Under the pieces are notes generated by a model. The model saw only the letters and a list, made by a program, of their open reading frames with translations, had not been told where the DNA came from and did not search any database. A program made the position numbers and the translations under genes. A DNA stretch of 53,711 bases from a virus (taxonomy: Duplodnaviria > Caudoviricetes). This document shows positions 1-11,500 of this stretch, in pieces (within the stretch, counting starts at the first letter, position 1; each line of letters starts with the position of its first letter). The stretch spans positions 1 to 53,711 of IMG/VR virus record IMGVR_UViG_3300014050_000031, one strand, 5' to 3'.

Positions 1-1
1 A

Positions 2-1114
2 GTGGCTTCGGGGATTCCGAGGTTGGACTACTTCGCAAGTGGTGGCGTTGTTGGCTGCCCTGCGTTGCTTGTGGAGCCGAGTGCGCAGAACATTATGGCG
101 CAGTCCGAAACTTTGAGCGTAAGCGGAAATTGGACAAGAACTAATGTGTTGGTTTCGGGCAGCGCAATCGCATCGCCTGACGGCTTGGCTTCGGGGACTT
201 TGCTTGTGGCAACATCCGGAAGTGCTGAACACAACATAACTCGAGTTGCAGCCACTACAGTTACAAGCGGAACGGCAGTTACTACAAGTTGCTTTTTTAA
301 AGCGCATGGGACAAATACTTTTGCTCAATTAGTAATTGGCAATATAGGATTTTCGCCTGCAAGTCCATTTGCAAATTTCAATCTTACGGGTAGTGGTTCA
401 GTAACGGCGGGCAATTATACATCCGCATTCATTCAAAATTACGGCAATGGATGGTATCGTTGTGGCTTTACAACAACAGCAGCAGCCAATGGAACTCCTG
501 CAATTACTATTTGCCCAATCCTTGCAAGTGGAACTGGAAGAGCGACGACTTTTACAGGCGATGGCGTTAATGGCGTTTACGCTTGGGGCGCACAACTCGA
601 AACAGGCTCCGTCGCCACCTCCTACATACCAACTACGACTGGTAGCGTAACAAGAAACGCAGATTTAATCAACCTTACTGGTGCTACGGATTATATCGGG
701 CAGACTGAGGGTACTTTGTATGCTGAATTCACTTGGACAGGAAAAAATGGTGTTTTTAGAATTGACGATGGGACAAATAACAATACTATTGCGCTTGATT
801 ACATTAATGATACTTCACAAAGATTTAGAATTAGTGGGTCAGGCGCAGCGTTTGTCAATATAGCCACAACCAACTTTTTGTTAAATACAACCTATAAAGT
901 TGCTTGTGCATACAAATCAACCGATTCAACAATGTATGTCAATGGCGCACCGATTGCAAGTTCCAATGGCTCCTTTACATTTAATGGAACATTGAGTAGA
1001 ATTTTGCTTAGTGAGTCGGTTTCACTTGGTGTACCCGTTATGAAATTATCTTCCTTCGCTGTCTACAACAAAAGATTACCGAACGACCAACTTCAAGCGC
1101 TAACTACTTTATAA
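2..1114 (+). CDS. Virion fibre/spike protein with C-terminal LamG/ConA-like domain (5'-truncated)
   Basis: Thr/Gly/Ser-rich. PRLDY..GCPALLVEP, WGAQLE.G..ATSYIPT and EGTLYAEF motifs are typical of phage fibre proteins. Runs off the window edge. Confidence 0.7.
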   Translation: MASGIPRLDYFASGGVVGCPALLVEPSAQNIMAQSETLSVSGNWTRTNVLVSGSAIASPDGLASGTLLVATSGSAEHNITRVAATTVTSGTAVTTSCFFKAHGTNTFAQLVIGNIGFSPASPFANFNLTGSGSVTAGNYTSAFIQNYGNGWYRCGFTTTAAANGTPAITICPILASGTGRATTFTGDGVNGVYAWGAQLETGSVATSYIPTTTGSVTRNADLINLTGATDYIGQTEGTLYAEFTWTGKNGVFRIDDGTNNNTIALDYINDTSQRFRISGSGAAFVNIATTNFLLNTTYKVACAYKSTDSTMYVNGAPIASSNGSFTFNGTLSRILLSESVSLGVPVMKLSSFAVYNKRLPNDQLQALTTL

Positions 1115-1126
1115 AACAAACACAAA

Positions 1127-1399
1127 ATGGACTTCCCGATTTCAGAGTCAATAACCGCAGTCATTGCAGGAGTCATTGGATGGCTCACCGGTGGTAAAAT
1201 CCAAAAGGAATCTGCCGAGATACAGAACGCCAAAGCAGTTCTTGCGATGTGGCAGGAAACAGCAGAAGCCCAAAAGCTTGAGATAGAGGCAATGAGGAGA
1301 GAAATACAAGCGCTACGCGAGAAACTTGACGAAATGGAAACCCATGTCCGAAAGATTGAGTCAGAAAACATTGAGTTGAAAAGATTGCTCAACAAATGA
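1127..1399 (+). CDS. Putative holin-like membrane protein
   Basis: N-terminal hydrophobic helix (ITAVIAGVIGWLTGG) then a coiled coil. Overlaps the endolysin start by ATGA-type coupling. Confidence 0.5.
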   Translation: MDFPISESITAVIAGVIGWLTGGKIQKESAEIQNAKAVLAMWQETAEAQKLEIEAMRREIQALREKLDEMETHVRKIESENIELKRLLNK

Positions 1400-1986
1400 A
1401 CCTAGACGACCTAAGCATACCCGACAAGGTAAAAGCCGAACTTTGGCATGTAATGTCCAAGTTCGGCATCAATACACCCGATCGATTAGCGCACTTCCTC
1501 GGGCAATGCCACCACGAAAGCGGTGGATTTAAGTTCACCACGGAGAACACGAACTATTCCGAGGTAGGGCTGAAGAAACACTTCAACAAGTACTTCAAGG
1601 ACAAAGACATCTCCAAGTACGCCCGTAAACCCGAGAAAATCGCCAATCTCGTGTACGGCAATCGTATGGGGAATGGCGATGAAGCCTCCGGAGATGGATT
1701 CCGATTCAGAGGTCGTGGCTACATACATCTGACCGGGAAGAACAACTACAGAGCCTTTGACAAGTTCGTGGACGATGACATCGTCCTTAATCCCGACCTG
1801 GTAGCAACCAAGTACCCCCTGCTCTCAGCAGCCTGGTTTTGGGATGTCAACGACTTAAACGAGATTTGTGACAAGGGGGTGAATAAGTCCACTATCTTTG
1901 CTGTGACAAAGAAGGTCAATAATGGAATCAAGGGGCTGGAGGAACGGTCTATTTTGACCACGAGGTACAAGATCGAGTTATCCTGA
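1396..1986 (+). CDS. Endolysin, glycoside hydrolase family 19
   Basis: RLAHFLGQCHHESGGF, YGNRMGNG, FRGRGYIHLTGKNNY, SAAWFW and TKKVN.G GH19 motifs. Confidence 0.92.
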   Translation: MNLDDLSIPDKVKAELWHVMSKFGINTPDRLAHFLGQCHHESGGFKFTTENTNYSEVGLKKHFNKYFKDKDISKYARKPEKIANLVYGNRMGNGDEASGDGFRFRGRGYIHLTGKNNYRAFDKFVDDDIVLNPDLVATKYPLLSAAWFWDVNDLNEICDKGVNKSTIFAVTKKVNNGIKGLEERSILTTRYKIELS

Positions 1987-2038
1987 CGGGAACTTGACCG
2001 AGCCTATTTTGGTTATTGTATTGACTAAACGCCAAACT

Positions 2039-2215
2039 ATGTTTAACGAAGATGACGACCTGTTGCCCGAAGAGCTAGACCTCATTGAGCAAGAGGATGA
2101 CGATGATGATGATTTTGATGCCATTGACAAGGAGTGGTTCGAGCAGCTTGAGAATATGAAGGTTCCTTCTTGCAACATGGACGATCCGGACGAGTGTTTA
2201 AATTGCGGCTCATGA
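2039..2215 (+). CDS. Small acidic protein with C-terminal CNMDDPDECLNCGS tail
   Basis: ATG at 2039 after an A-rich leader. The 58-aa product is very D/E-rich and ends in CxxCGS. Confidence 0.65.
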   Translation: MFNEDDDLLPEELDLIEQEDDDDDDFDAIDKEWFEQLENMKVPSCNMDDPDECLNCGS

Positions 2216-2508
2216 AACGTGTCGATAAAGCTCAAATGCCTTGCAATAAGCCAAGGCCATCCACCAAGCCAGGTAAGAAGCGTATGGTCAAAGGGTGTGA
2301 AGGCGGTAAGGAGAAACTGATTCACTACGGAGCCGAAGGATACGGCCACAATTATAGCGATGCAGCTCGTAAGTCATTCCGGGCAAGGCATAGCTGTGAT
2401 ACAGCAACAAGCAAGGTAACGGCTCGTCATTGGGCCTGTAAAGACCTTTGGGCAGGACCCGGAGGCAGTAAAAAGGCATCACCTAAAAACAGAAAGGGAA
2501 AGTACTAA
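2212..2508 (+). CDS. Small basic phage protein
   Basis: ATGA overlap with the previous stop. KLIHYGAEGY..ARKSFRARHSC..ARHWAC motif is familiar from aquatic phages. Confidence 0.75.
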   Translation: MKRVDKAQMPCNKPRPSTKPGKKRMVKGCEGGKEKLIHYGAEGYGHNYSDAARKSFRARHSCDTATSKVTARHWACKDLWAGPGGSKKASPKNRKGKY

Positions 2509-2789
2509 TGAAATGTTCCTCATCCTGTAAATGTTCCTCCTGCTCCAAGAAGGGCAGGTCAGCACGTTACTATGCAGCCAATCCCGAATCAAGGGAGAAG
2601 AAGAAGGAATACGACACCAAGTACCACTCCACCCCGGAGCGTGTCAAGTACCGCACGGAGTTGAATCGCAAGAACCGGGAGATGGGTAGCAAGAAGGGCG
2701 ATGGCAAGGACGTTTCCCACACCAAGAAGGGTGGATTCGTTCTGGAATCAGCTTCCAAGAACCGGGCTAGAAACCGAGGGAAGAAATGA
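2508..2789 (+). CDS. Small basic protein with degenerate HNH-like C-terminus
   Basis: K/R-rich, contains KGDGKDVSH..SASKNRARN, translationally coupled to its neighbours. Confidence 0.65.
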   Translation: MKCSSSCKCSSCSKKGRSARYYAANPESREKKKEYDTKYHSTPERVKYRTELNRKNREMGSKKGDGKDVSHTKKGGFVLESASKNRARNRGKK

Positions 2790-3124
2790 AAGACGCATGC
2801 TACAACAAGGTAAAAGCACAGTACGATGTATTTCCATCCGCTAGGGCAAGTCAGGCTATTGCCAAATGCCGTAAAGGTTCGGGCAATGTCCGTAAGACCG
2901 AGAAGGGCACAAGTTTGAAGAGATGGGAGAAAGAGAACTGGGTAGACCAAAAGACAGGCCGAGCCTGTGGAGCTGGTGGGAAGAACGAGTACTGCCGTCC
3001 AACCAAGAAGGTGTCCGAGAAAACCCCCAAAACGACTTCAGAGATCAGCCGCTCTACGCTCCAAAAGAAGATTGCGGAGAAGGAACGCGTCGGAATGGGC
3101 AAGAGAGTTAAGTCAATCAAATAG
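2786..3124 (+). CDS. Small basic protein (DUF5872-like)
   Basis: FPSARASQAIAKCRK, LKRWEKENWVD and YCRPTKKVSEKTPKT motifs. Coupled start. Confidence 0.7.
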   Translation: MKDACYNKVKAQYDVFPSARASQAIAKCRKGSGNVRKTEKGTSLKRWEKENWVDQKTGRACGAGGKNEYCRPTKKVSEKTPKTTSEISRSTLQKKIAEKERVGMGKRVKSIK

Positions 3125-3126
3125 AT

Positions 3127-4545
3127 ATGCTTTACGATCCATTCAGGTTCTATGATACACCGCCTCCTGCTCCAACATACTTTGGGGGGACATTGCCTAC
3201 CGTTAATGTCAGGCCTTCCTATCCGGGCGACTATGTTGCAAATCGTGTAAGACAGGGTGGTGGTAGGTTTTTCAACACACTTGGATCGTTCCTTGGCCAA
3301 CCGCAAAGAGATGCCGTTGAGTTAGTGACGGGGGTTGAACAAACGCCTTCCGAAGCTATGGGTATTGAAAACCCATACGGAGCATTTGCGGTTGATGCTA
3401 TTCTTGACCCGCTAAATGTCGGCCCGACATTTCTTGCTAGGAATATGTTGAGAAATCCGTTTAGGGTTTTTAACTCTTATGGCAGAAACCAGGTTCCATT
3501 AAACAGCATTGGGGTGGCATCCGACGTACCAGCATCGTATGGAAAAGCTAATTACTCGCCAGAAGAATTGCGGGAGGCTATTGAAATGGCTAATAGAGAT
3601 TTGAAAGCCTTTGGAGAGTCGCCATATAATATAGAGAAAGTAAGGGCAATTAGGGAAGAGGAACTTCGTAAACACTTAAACAGCAGGAGTTATAAGTCAT
3701 TCATTGATAATTACAGAAACAGTAGCGCTATACCTGTTAAAAATCTTGTTTCTTTTCTTAGGAGTCAGGAGAAGTTGTATGTGCCAATGAATCTCTATCC
3801 GTTTAATGGCCCGCTAATTGTTGATGATGCCAAAAAGTTTGCTGATAGATTTTATTCTCAAAAAATGACGTCCCCAAACATTCAAGTCATGAGCACTACA
3901 CATCCGTATGCTGTCGCTAATGAAGATGTTTCAGGCGTGTATTTCCCTGGCAAAAAAAGAGTTAGTCTTTTCCCAAAAAATGAAAGAATTTATGACCCTA
4001 AAAATAGATTAGGTGGCGATGAGGCATATGTTGTTGATAAACGGTCAAAATCACTACAAGATTTGTACTTAACAATGATACATGAGGGAACGCACGGAAG
4101 AGCTTTTAGATTAGGAGTTACCGATACTGAGAGAAAAATATTGTACGACGCATGGAAAGATATTATTGGTGACGATGCGATTAAACTTTCAAAATCTAAT
4201 CCAATGGGTAAACAACCTCTTAAAGGCAAACCCCGATGGTGGAGTGTAAAAGATGGTCCTAGGATACCACAATTTGAAACAGAGGCGCTTCAGGGTGAGT
4301 TAAGGATGCTTTTAAATGATAAAGATGGAAGCAGGATTTACAGCGAAAAGGATATACCGGAAATAAAGAAGGCTATCAAAAGACTTGCGAGTAAGGGAAT
4401 GGTGTATTTGAGCGATATTAAAAAATCCCCGGAAATCATTGAAAAAATAGATTTAAAGCCATTAATTAAGTCTTTGAATAAAATAGGGTTTGCAACAACG
4501 GCCCCATACGTTGCCACTAAATTACCGGACAATAATAAAGAATAA
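3127..4545 (+). CDS. Hypothetical protein with zincin-type HExxH motif
   Basis: 472-aa ORF with GVYFP followed by TMIHEGTHG and a downstream Glu (FETEA). Confidence 0.6.
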   Translation: MLYDPFRFYDTPPPAPTYFGGTLPTVNVRPSYPGDYVANRVRQGGGRFFNTLGSFLGQPQRDAVELVTGVEQTPSEAMGIENPYGAFAVDAILDPLNVGPTFLARNMLRNPFRVFNSYGRNQVPLNSIGVASDVPASYGKANYSPEELREAIEMANRDLKAFGESPYNIEKVRAIREEELRKHLNSRSYKSFIDNYRNSSAIPVKNLVSFLRSQEKLYVPMNLYPFNGPLIVDDAKKFADRFYSQKMTSPNIQVMSTTHPYAVANEDVSGVYFPGKKRVSLFPKNERIYDPKNRLGGDEAYVVDKRSKSLQDLYLTMIHEGTHGRAFRLGVTDTERKILYDAWKDIIGDDAIKLSKSNPMGKQPLKGKPRWWSVKDGPRIPQFETEALQGELRMLLNDKDGSRIYSEKDIPEIKKAIKRLASKGMVYLSDIKKSPEIIEKIDLKPLIKSLNKIGFATTAPYVATKLPDNNKE

Positions 4546-4550
4546 CTAGT

Positions 4551-4715
4551 ATGCCACTCAAGAAAGCAAGAGGAACCAGCAAGAAGGCCATGAACAAGGC
4601 CGTATCTGCAAACATCCAGGAACTAACACGGGCTAACCGGGAGAAACCTGCCGGCAAGAAACGAAGCGAAAAACAAATCGATGCTATCGCATACTCCGCA
4701 GCAAGAAAGAAATGA
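4551..4715 (+). CDS. Small basic protein, 54 aa (not in the ORF track)
   Basis: Hand translation MPLKKARGTSKKAMNKAVSANIQEL...KQIDAIAYSAARKK. It fills the gap and its stop overlaps the ATG at 4712. Confidence 0.75.
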   Translation: MPLKKARGTSKKAMNKAVSANIQELTRANREKPAGKKRSEKQIDAIAYSAARKK

Positions 4716-5329
4716 CCATAGACGAAAACGCCAAACACTACCTGGTCCACGGATTGTGGATCGTTGTCCTCCTTTTTAGCCTTCAGACCTGCATGCAGGA
4801 GAGAGAAAGGAGAAAGGAAAAAGAAGCTTTTATTGAGGCCATTCAAGACAGCGTAGTACACTACAAGAAGATTGGGGACGAGGTGTATGCTCAGAACGCT
4901 CTACGGAGCCTCACAATCAACGAACTCAAGGCAAGTAATGTCAAGGGTAAGGCAGAGATAAAGAAGCTCTCTAAGAGGCTCTCTGAGGCTCTGGCATTTG
5001 TTGACGTTATGGTGGTCCATGATACGGTCCGATCGGTGATTACCCAAAGAGATACCGTTCTTGGTTCGTTCACCTACCAGGACTCCTGTTTGGCCCTAGC
5101 GGTAGAGGGAGACAGCATTGCCTATAAGATGGCGCCATTAAGCCTTCAGTTGATTCAGCATCGCGATGGGGACTTGGTTATTGCATCCGCCAAGGTGGAC
5201 GGGTGCGGGGTTGTGACCAAGATATCCGGATTCTCCGTGGTACAGCCCAAGAAGAAGTGGTACGAGCACCCGGTGCTTGTAGGAGTTCTTGGCTTTACCG
5301 CAGGAGTTCTTGCTATTTCAAGACCTTAA
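4712..5329 (+). CDS. Putative spanin-like membrane protein
   Basis: N-terminal TM helix, coiled coil, and C-terminal KKKWY plus hydrophobic tail. Last gene of the lysis-containing operon. Confidence 0.5.
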   Translation: MTIDENAKHYLVHGLWIVVLLFSLQTCMQERERRKEKEAFIEAIQDSVVHYKKIGDEVYAQNALRSLTINELKASNVKGKAEIKKLSKRLSEALAFVDVMVVHDTVRSVITQRDTVLGSFTYQDSCLALAVEGDSIAYKMAPLSLQLIQHRDGDLVIASAKVDGCGVVTKISGFSVVQPKKKWYEHPVLVGVLGFTAGVLAISRP

Positions 5330-5594
5330 AGGATAGATCTACTTGTATCCCCAAGACGTGGGCTAATGCCATTACGTCTTTTTGTGACGCATAATTCTTG
5401 TTGCCTTTTTCAAAATAGGGTGTGCTCATGTACTTTTGTATCCTTTGGTAATCAAGTTCATTTTCAGAGCATACTTTTAACAAAGAGGATTGCTTTCTCT
5501 TTATTTGTAACTTGATTAGTTGCCTCAATCGGCTGTTGCTTCTAAGAACGCAGTACTTGAAAGAACTCAGTTCAATTGGATCATCATTTGTCAT
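5313..5594 (-). CDS. Hypothetical protein, possible HTH DNA-binding protein
   Basis: 93 aa, basic. SLLKVCSENELDYQRIQKYM and VMALAHVLGIQV resemble an XRE-type HTH. Confidence 0.5.
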   Translation of the reverse strand: MTNDDPIELSSFKYCVLRSNSRLRQLIKLQIKRKQSSLLKVCSENELDYQRIQKYMSTPYFEKGNKNYASQKDVMALAHVLGIQVDLSFKVLK

Positions 5595-8500
5595 CCAAGA
5601 GGTTTCTTACTTTTTCTATTTCTGACTCAGAAAGAATGTCGTTTCCTACATTTGCGCTGTCTAACCTAATAATATAATTAGATCTTTCTTTAAGGTCATT
5701 GATGGAGTTTATTTTTTTGGCTATAGCTTTTACTTTTGACTCACTTGATAGCCTAGCGAAATCCAAGAACTCATCGGGTACCTGGCCTGTAAAATATCCC
5801 TTATTAAAGCTCTTTATTAAACCTTCATACTGATCTTGAGTCATAGAGTATTCTCTAGCCGCATATTCGGTGTATCGCTTAACCTTGTCTAAAGATTTGT
5901 CTCTTTCGGCACCAGTCTGTCTAGCAGCCCTAAAGCCCAAGTCCTTCATCATAGAGTTTAACTCTTTTATGTTTGACTTTTGGATCTCATCCTTTTCAAT
6001 TTTTGTTTTAGGCTCAATTTTGCCCTTCAGTACCTGCTCTTGGTAGTGCTTCTCCGACCAAGACTTGTTAAATATGTCTGTAGCCCTAAGCATTCTTTCC
6101 ATAGCATTGTAATCCCTTGTGGCCGCTTCTGCAAATTGGTCAAAAATCTCAAAGAGTCTAGCTAATGGTATGCCTGTCAATGCCGATCCAGCATTAGCAA
6201 TTCCTCGCAATATTTCGCCTTCATCAAATGACTCAAAGGCATCACCAATCTGACGAAACTTTACTGAAAGGCCAGGAGCGCCTGAAGATATGTAATCAGA
6301 TAGTTTTTCGGCAGCCATATTAAATTTCTCCCTAGCTGATGCCTCATCGTATTTCTCTTGATCAAACGAGTCCGTAATAAATGGTTTTATTCCAACAGTA
6401 AACATTAGGTTTCCTGGGACGCCAAAGCCTGAGAAAAACCCGCTCAACAACTCCGTGTAATACTTTGACTCTGACTCTTTTTGTCTTTTTGATTTCTTTA
6501 AGTCTTTGTCTTCATCGTCATCGCCAAAGCCAAGTGCCCCATAAACCAACTCGGGAGTTCTTGAAACAAGCGTGAATAAGGCCGTACTTATGAGTCCAAA
6601 TTGCAGCATAATGTAGGCATGTCTTGCTGGATCCCCTATGCCTTTTGATAACAATTGTGCAGAAAGGATTGCACCTCTCATCATCTGTTGGCTAGCCGTC
6701 TGGTAACTCATAAGAAGTCTTAAAAGAGGATTTCTTTGAGCATTACTAATCAGCATGTTGTTCCCTGATTGTTGCGACGCGTTCGTTGCCTTATAAAGTT
6801 CAAAGCTAGCATCATTTTGAGCCGCTATTCTTGCGCTGCTTTCATCCATCGTCTTTATGTATTCCTTATACCTTTCGTTCTTGATAGAATCATAAAGAGG
6901 TCCTCCACCGATAGCAATTGACAAAAAGTCAAAAACCGCCGTTGGAGTGTATCCTATTTTGAGCATTTTGTCAACTAATGAGAAAATGTCAATTTGCCCA
7001 TCTTTCGTCCTTCTCTCTAGTTCTCTTGCGTCAATGCTGAATATTCTACCTCCGAATCTCTCCTTGACCCACGACATACTTTGGATTTCTTTTATCGTAG
7101 AAATCCAATTCATTGATTTAACTGAACTGAAATATTTACCAATACTGGGGGCTAATGGGGCAAAATTCAGCAAGGCAATAGGCTGGAAAAGAGCGGCCCT
7201 TGTGTTAAACCACATCTGACCTAATACGGATCTGTTCACCCAATTAGCAACTCCTTCGCCAATAATCTTTGCTTCTATCTTTGAACTCTTATTTGTGACG
7301 ACTCTTTGTACATTTGACTTTATTGAATTGGCGCCGGCTTCTCCATATTTATTTTTTATCAATGTCATCTGCTCTTTGCCAAACATAGCCTTAGCATTAT
7401 TCAACAGGGGCATTCTGGTGACCATGTCAATCATTCCATCCATGTAGTTGTTATACTTGTACGCTACATTTGAGAAAATAATTTGCCCTCCATCTCCCCT
7501 TGAGATAACATTGTTTGACATTACCGACATCACTCCGTCCTTATTTGGTGAACTAAGAACATCAATAGATTCATCAATCATTGCATCATCGCCGACTATT
7601 GACAGCGGAGAATACGGTATAGACTGAGGTATGTTGTTTGAATAAACCTTATTAAGGATTTCTATAGCCCTTGCGTTTTCTTCGGCATTCTTTGAGAAAG
7701 AAGAGTTCTTATCGTATTGTTTAGGATCAAATGAAATCGTGCTATATCCGTAATTTGTTAAGGTGGGCAATATCTGTTCATTTAGGAAATCTTGGTATGC
7801 CTGAGTGATTTCGCTTACAGCCCTCATTAATCCTTCATCATTTAACACATAGTCAATGATGCTATCTATATCTTCCTTGTTGTAGTTGACGAGCCCTTCT
7901 CCACCTGCCCTAACTAGAGCATCCGGATCCCTAAGCATCATAAATGTGTCTATTATTTGCCCAATAGTCAGCCCATCTTCACTCGTTCCTTCTGCATACA
8001 CATCTCCTATCCTTAGGACAATTGACTTTATCTTTTTGGAAATATCAATGTTAAAGCCGGCATTCTTTAGTTTTTCGGATATTTTATCAAATCTGCCGAT
8101 TTGTTGCTTTAATTCATCTCTGTTGAAATCGGCTTTCCAAATTAAGTCAATAAAGTTTTTCTCAAAGAAATCGTAAGATTCATCGTTGTTGGAAAATACG
8201 GCAACTATATTCCTTGTGTCAAAAAAATGATCAAACTTCAGTTTACTTGCAAATTTTCCAAATCTTCCTAAAAGACTTTTGTTTCGCAAGGTATTCCGAT
8301 TTGTGTCTATGGCGATTACGGAGTACGAATTGCTTTCAAAAAAGTCTTTCCATTCAGATATGTTTTTCCTATCTACCTCTTGAATCTGTCCACTTTCGTT
8401 ATCAATAATATAAAAGGTAACACCCGGTCTTTTTGACTTCTCTTCGGCCGACTTGTAATCATTGACCTTTTCCGATGTCCCCAAAGAATTTGATATAGCT

Positions 8501-11500
8501 ATTATTGATTGTTCCTTTAAGGACTTATTGTGGTTACTCAATATCTTGTTTGTAGCAGACTGAGATCTAGTGCCAGACTTAAATATTGAGTTTATCTCGT
8601 TGTATAGTGCCTTTAATTCCTTGCCGTCCATTTGGCTTAGGCTTTCGTCATTAAAGATTTCAGAATAAAGCTTCAACTCAGATATTGACTCATTCGTGAG
8701 TTTTGCCTTTGCCAATATACCCGATTTTCCTTTTGACCAACTGGATGGATTTAGCTTAAGTTTTATTTTTTCAATGATGCTATTCCTAGCTTCTTCAACA
8801 TCTTTGGCTAATAGTTTTTCCTTTTGAGTCAAAGCTTTCTCAAGTTTCTTTTCAAGTCCTTGAGCCTTTTTATACAAATTAGGATACTTATCTATTATGG
8901 CCAAGTTGAATTCGTCTTTGAAAAACCTACTCGCGTACTTAGAAAATTGCGGTCCGTTTTCTGCAAAGTACGGCTTAATCATTCCTAGAGCCGTGCTAGC
9001 CCTCGTGACTCCATTGTCAATTAATGCAGAAATCAACTCTCCAACGTCTTCGGTGAACTTTTTGAATCTTTCTGCATCCTGCTCAGGCAGATTTGCTATA
9101 CCGAGCCCTCTGCTTTCGCCTCCTTTAACCCAATTGGAAAAAGACTTTGCTGCTTTTTGAGCGGAAGATTTTACGCTTTTTGCCTGCGTATCCGGCTGAG
9201 TTGTAGGCTTTTCTTGCGCCTTCTCAACAGCTGATGTCATTTCAGACCTAAGGCGAGTAACCCTTTCTGTTTTCGGAGTTGGAGATTCATCAAAGAGAGG
9301 AATGCCTGCTTCTACTTGAGCTTTAACCTCTGGGGTTATGTCTATGGAGTATTGGGCTGTTCCATCAATGAGCGATTTTGCATGCTCATTTGCCTCTGCT
9401 TTTGTGTCAAATATGGTTTCAGAAAGATCTCCATTTAGGTCTTGGACGACATGCCACCCATAAACGGGCTCAAAAGCATTCCCATTGCGAAAACCGCTAT
9501 ATTTGACAACTCGTATACTAGAATCATCATACTTGTTAATTCTAATAGTGCCAACATCCTGCTTAACCAAACTCTTTGCTACATTTCCTACTATGCCTAA
9601 ACTGCCTTCTGTTGGTGAACCGTAAAAGGCCTTCATGCCCTTGCCTCCGACCGCTAAATCATCACCTTCTAATCTTTTGGGATTATTCTCTGTTGGAGAA
9701 GACGTGTCTAATATTATTTTATCGGCTATTTCTTTCCCAAAATAATCATTAAGTTCTTTTTCCGTTAATTCAGATGGCTTTATAAATTCTTGAGGTTTTT
9801 TAAAGCCTAATGTTACACCATAAGTACCATTATCATTTTTCCAATAGTCAAGGTAATTCAAAGCCTTCTTTAAATTATACCTGTCATTCTGCTGCTCTCC
9901 TGTTGTCCAAGCAATTTTGTCTGCGCCTTGCTTTACGGCTTCCTTGAGCGCAATTTTTAGTCCTAATTTAGTCCAAGCATTGGTGTCAGTAACGAAAGGG
10001 GCGGCTGGAATTCCTGCAAAAGAATTATTAGTAACAATGTCTATTGCATCTTTTTCGTTTACAGCATAAACATCTCCTCTTATAAGCCTATCACCTTCAA
10101 AAACATCATATCTATTAGTTCCTCCCCCTTGATATTTTGCAATAATATTAGTTGGTTTTGGCTTTGCAAATCCTTCCTTCTTCCCTTTCTGCCCCCAATC
10201 GCTCTGAATCTCTTCCAAGAAGAGCACCTTGTTTCCATCAGCGTCAACTCGTGTGTTCATACGAAGGTGAACGAGGATGTTGGAATCTTCCGGGAAGTGG
10301 AGGGATTTGAATTGTTTGCCACCTTCACCACTTTGTATCATTCTTTCATTAACGTCTCTAACCCTTTGTTCTCTACTTTCGTATCCGTTAGGGAACTCTG
10401 TCCTTAATTGGCTAAAAGGTATTCCGTATAAATCCATAGATGTGTCATCTAAAGAAGAAGATTTACTCGGCAACATAACCAATACCTCTTGATAGTTTTC
10501 TTTTTCGCCTTCAAGTTGGAGAGTGGGGTCTTTGGAGTATCTAGTCTTTTGCTCGTTAGATTTTGCTTCATCTAATTTATCTATTTCTCTTTGATAAAAA
10601 TCAGCCGCATCATAATCTTCGTTTTCAAGGGCTTCCCTTTGCTGTTGCAATAACCTTAATGCATCGTCATAATAACTTTTCAATTCATTGCCCATCACTC
10701 TCACCTTAACCTCAACTCGGTTTTTCTTCATCCAATCAAGGATTTCTCTTTTGGAAACCTGCTCATCGGGCTTCTTTGACGCTAACCATCCGCCTAGTCC
10801 GGTGTAAGTCACCTCATCACCCTTGCCTAATGCGTTTATCCACTTAGTCGCACTTTGCTTCTCCTGGAGAGTGTCCAAGACTTTTCTTTCAACAACTGAA
10901 TAAAAGCCATCAATGATTTCCAATGCCTCTGGCAATGGCTCAATAGAAACTCTAGATCTAATCCGATCTTGTGTAATGTTGAGAGCGTCTTCAAGGTATT
11001 GCGAAACTTTGCCCTTACCCCAGTCTCCTTGTATTTGACTTGAGATGTAATCGGATGCAGCCTTGACCGCTTGTGCAATCGTTTGTCCTGCGTCAATAGC
11101 CAAGATGGCTGTGTCAATGGCCGTGTTCCATACTGCTTTTGTGATGGGTACAACACCGAAGGTCAAGTCAATATTCGCTTTACCACCGGGCTTTGCCTTT
11201 AACGATTTGAGTGTTTCTTTAAGCTTTTCATTAGCATCTGCGGAAACAGGTGCTGCTTGTGATGCAGGTGTTTGCTCTAAAGCAGCTAGTTCTGCATCAA
11301 GCTCTGCTATTGCTTTTTCCTGTGCCTCTTTTTCCTTTAAAAGCTCTTTACCTTCTTTAGTTGTTCCGTCTATATTAATTGGAAATAATCTATCTAAGCC
11401 TCTTTTTCTTATTTCTTCCTCTCTTTTTTCAGCTTTATCCTGGGCAGTCTTCTTCTTTTTTGCGGTAGGAGAGGCCTGAGCCTCTCCCTCTACCGCCGGA

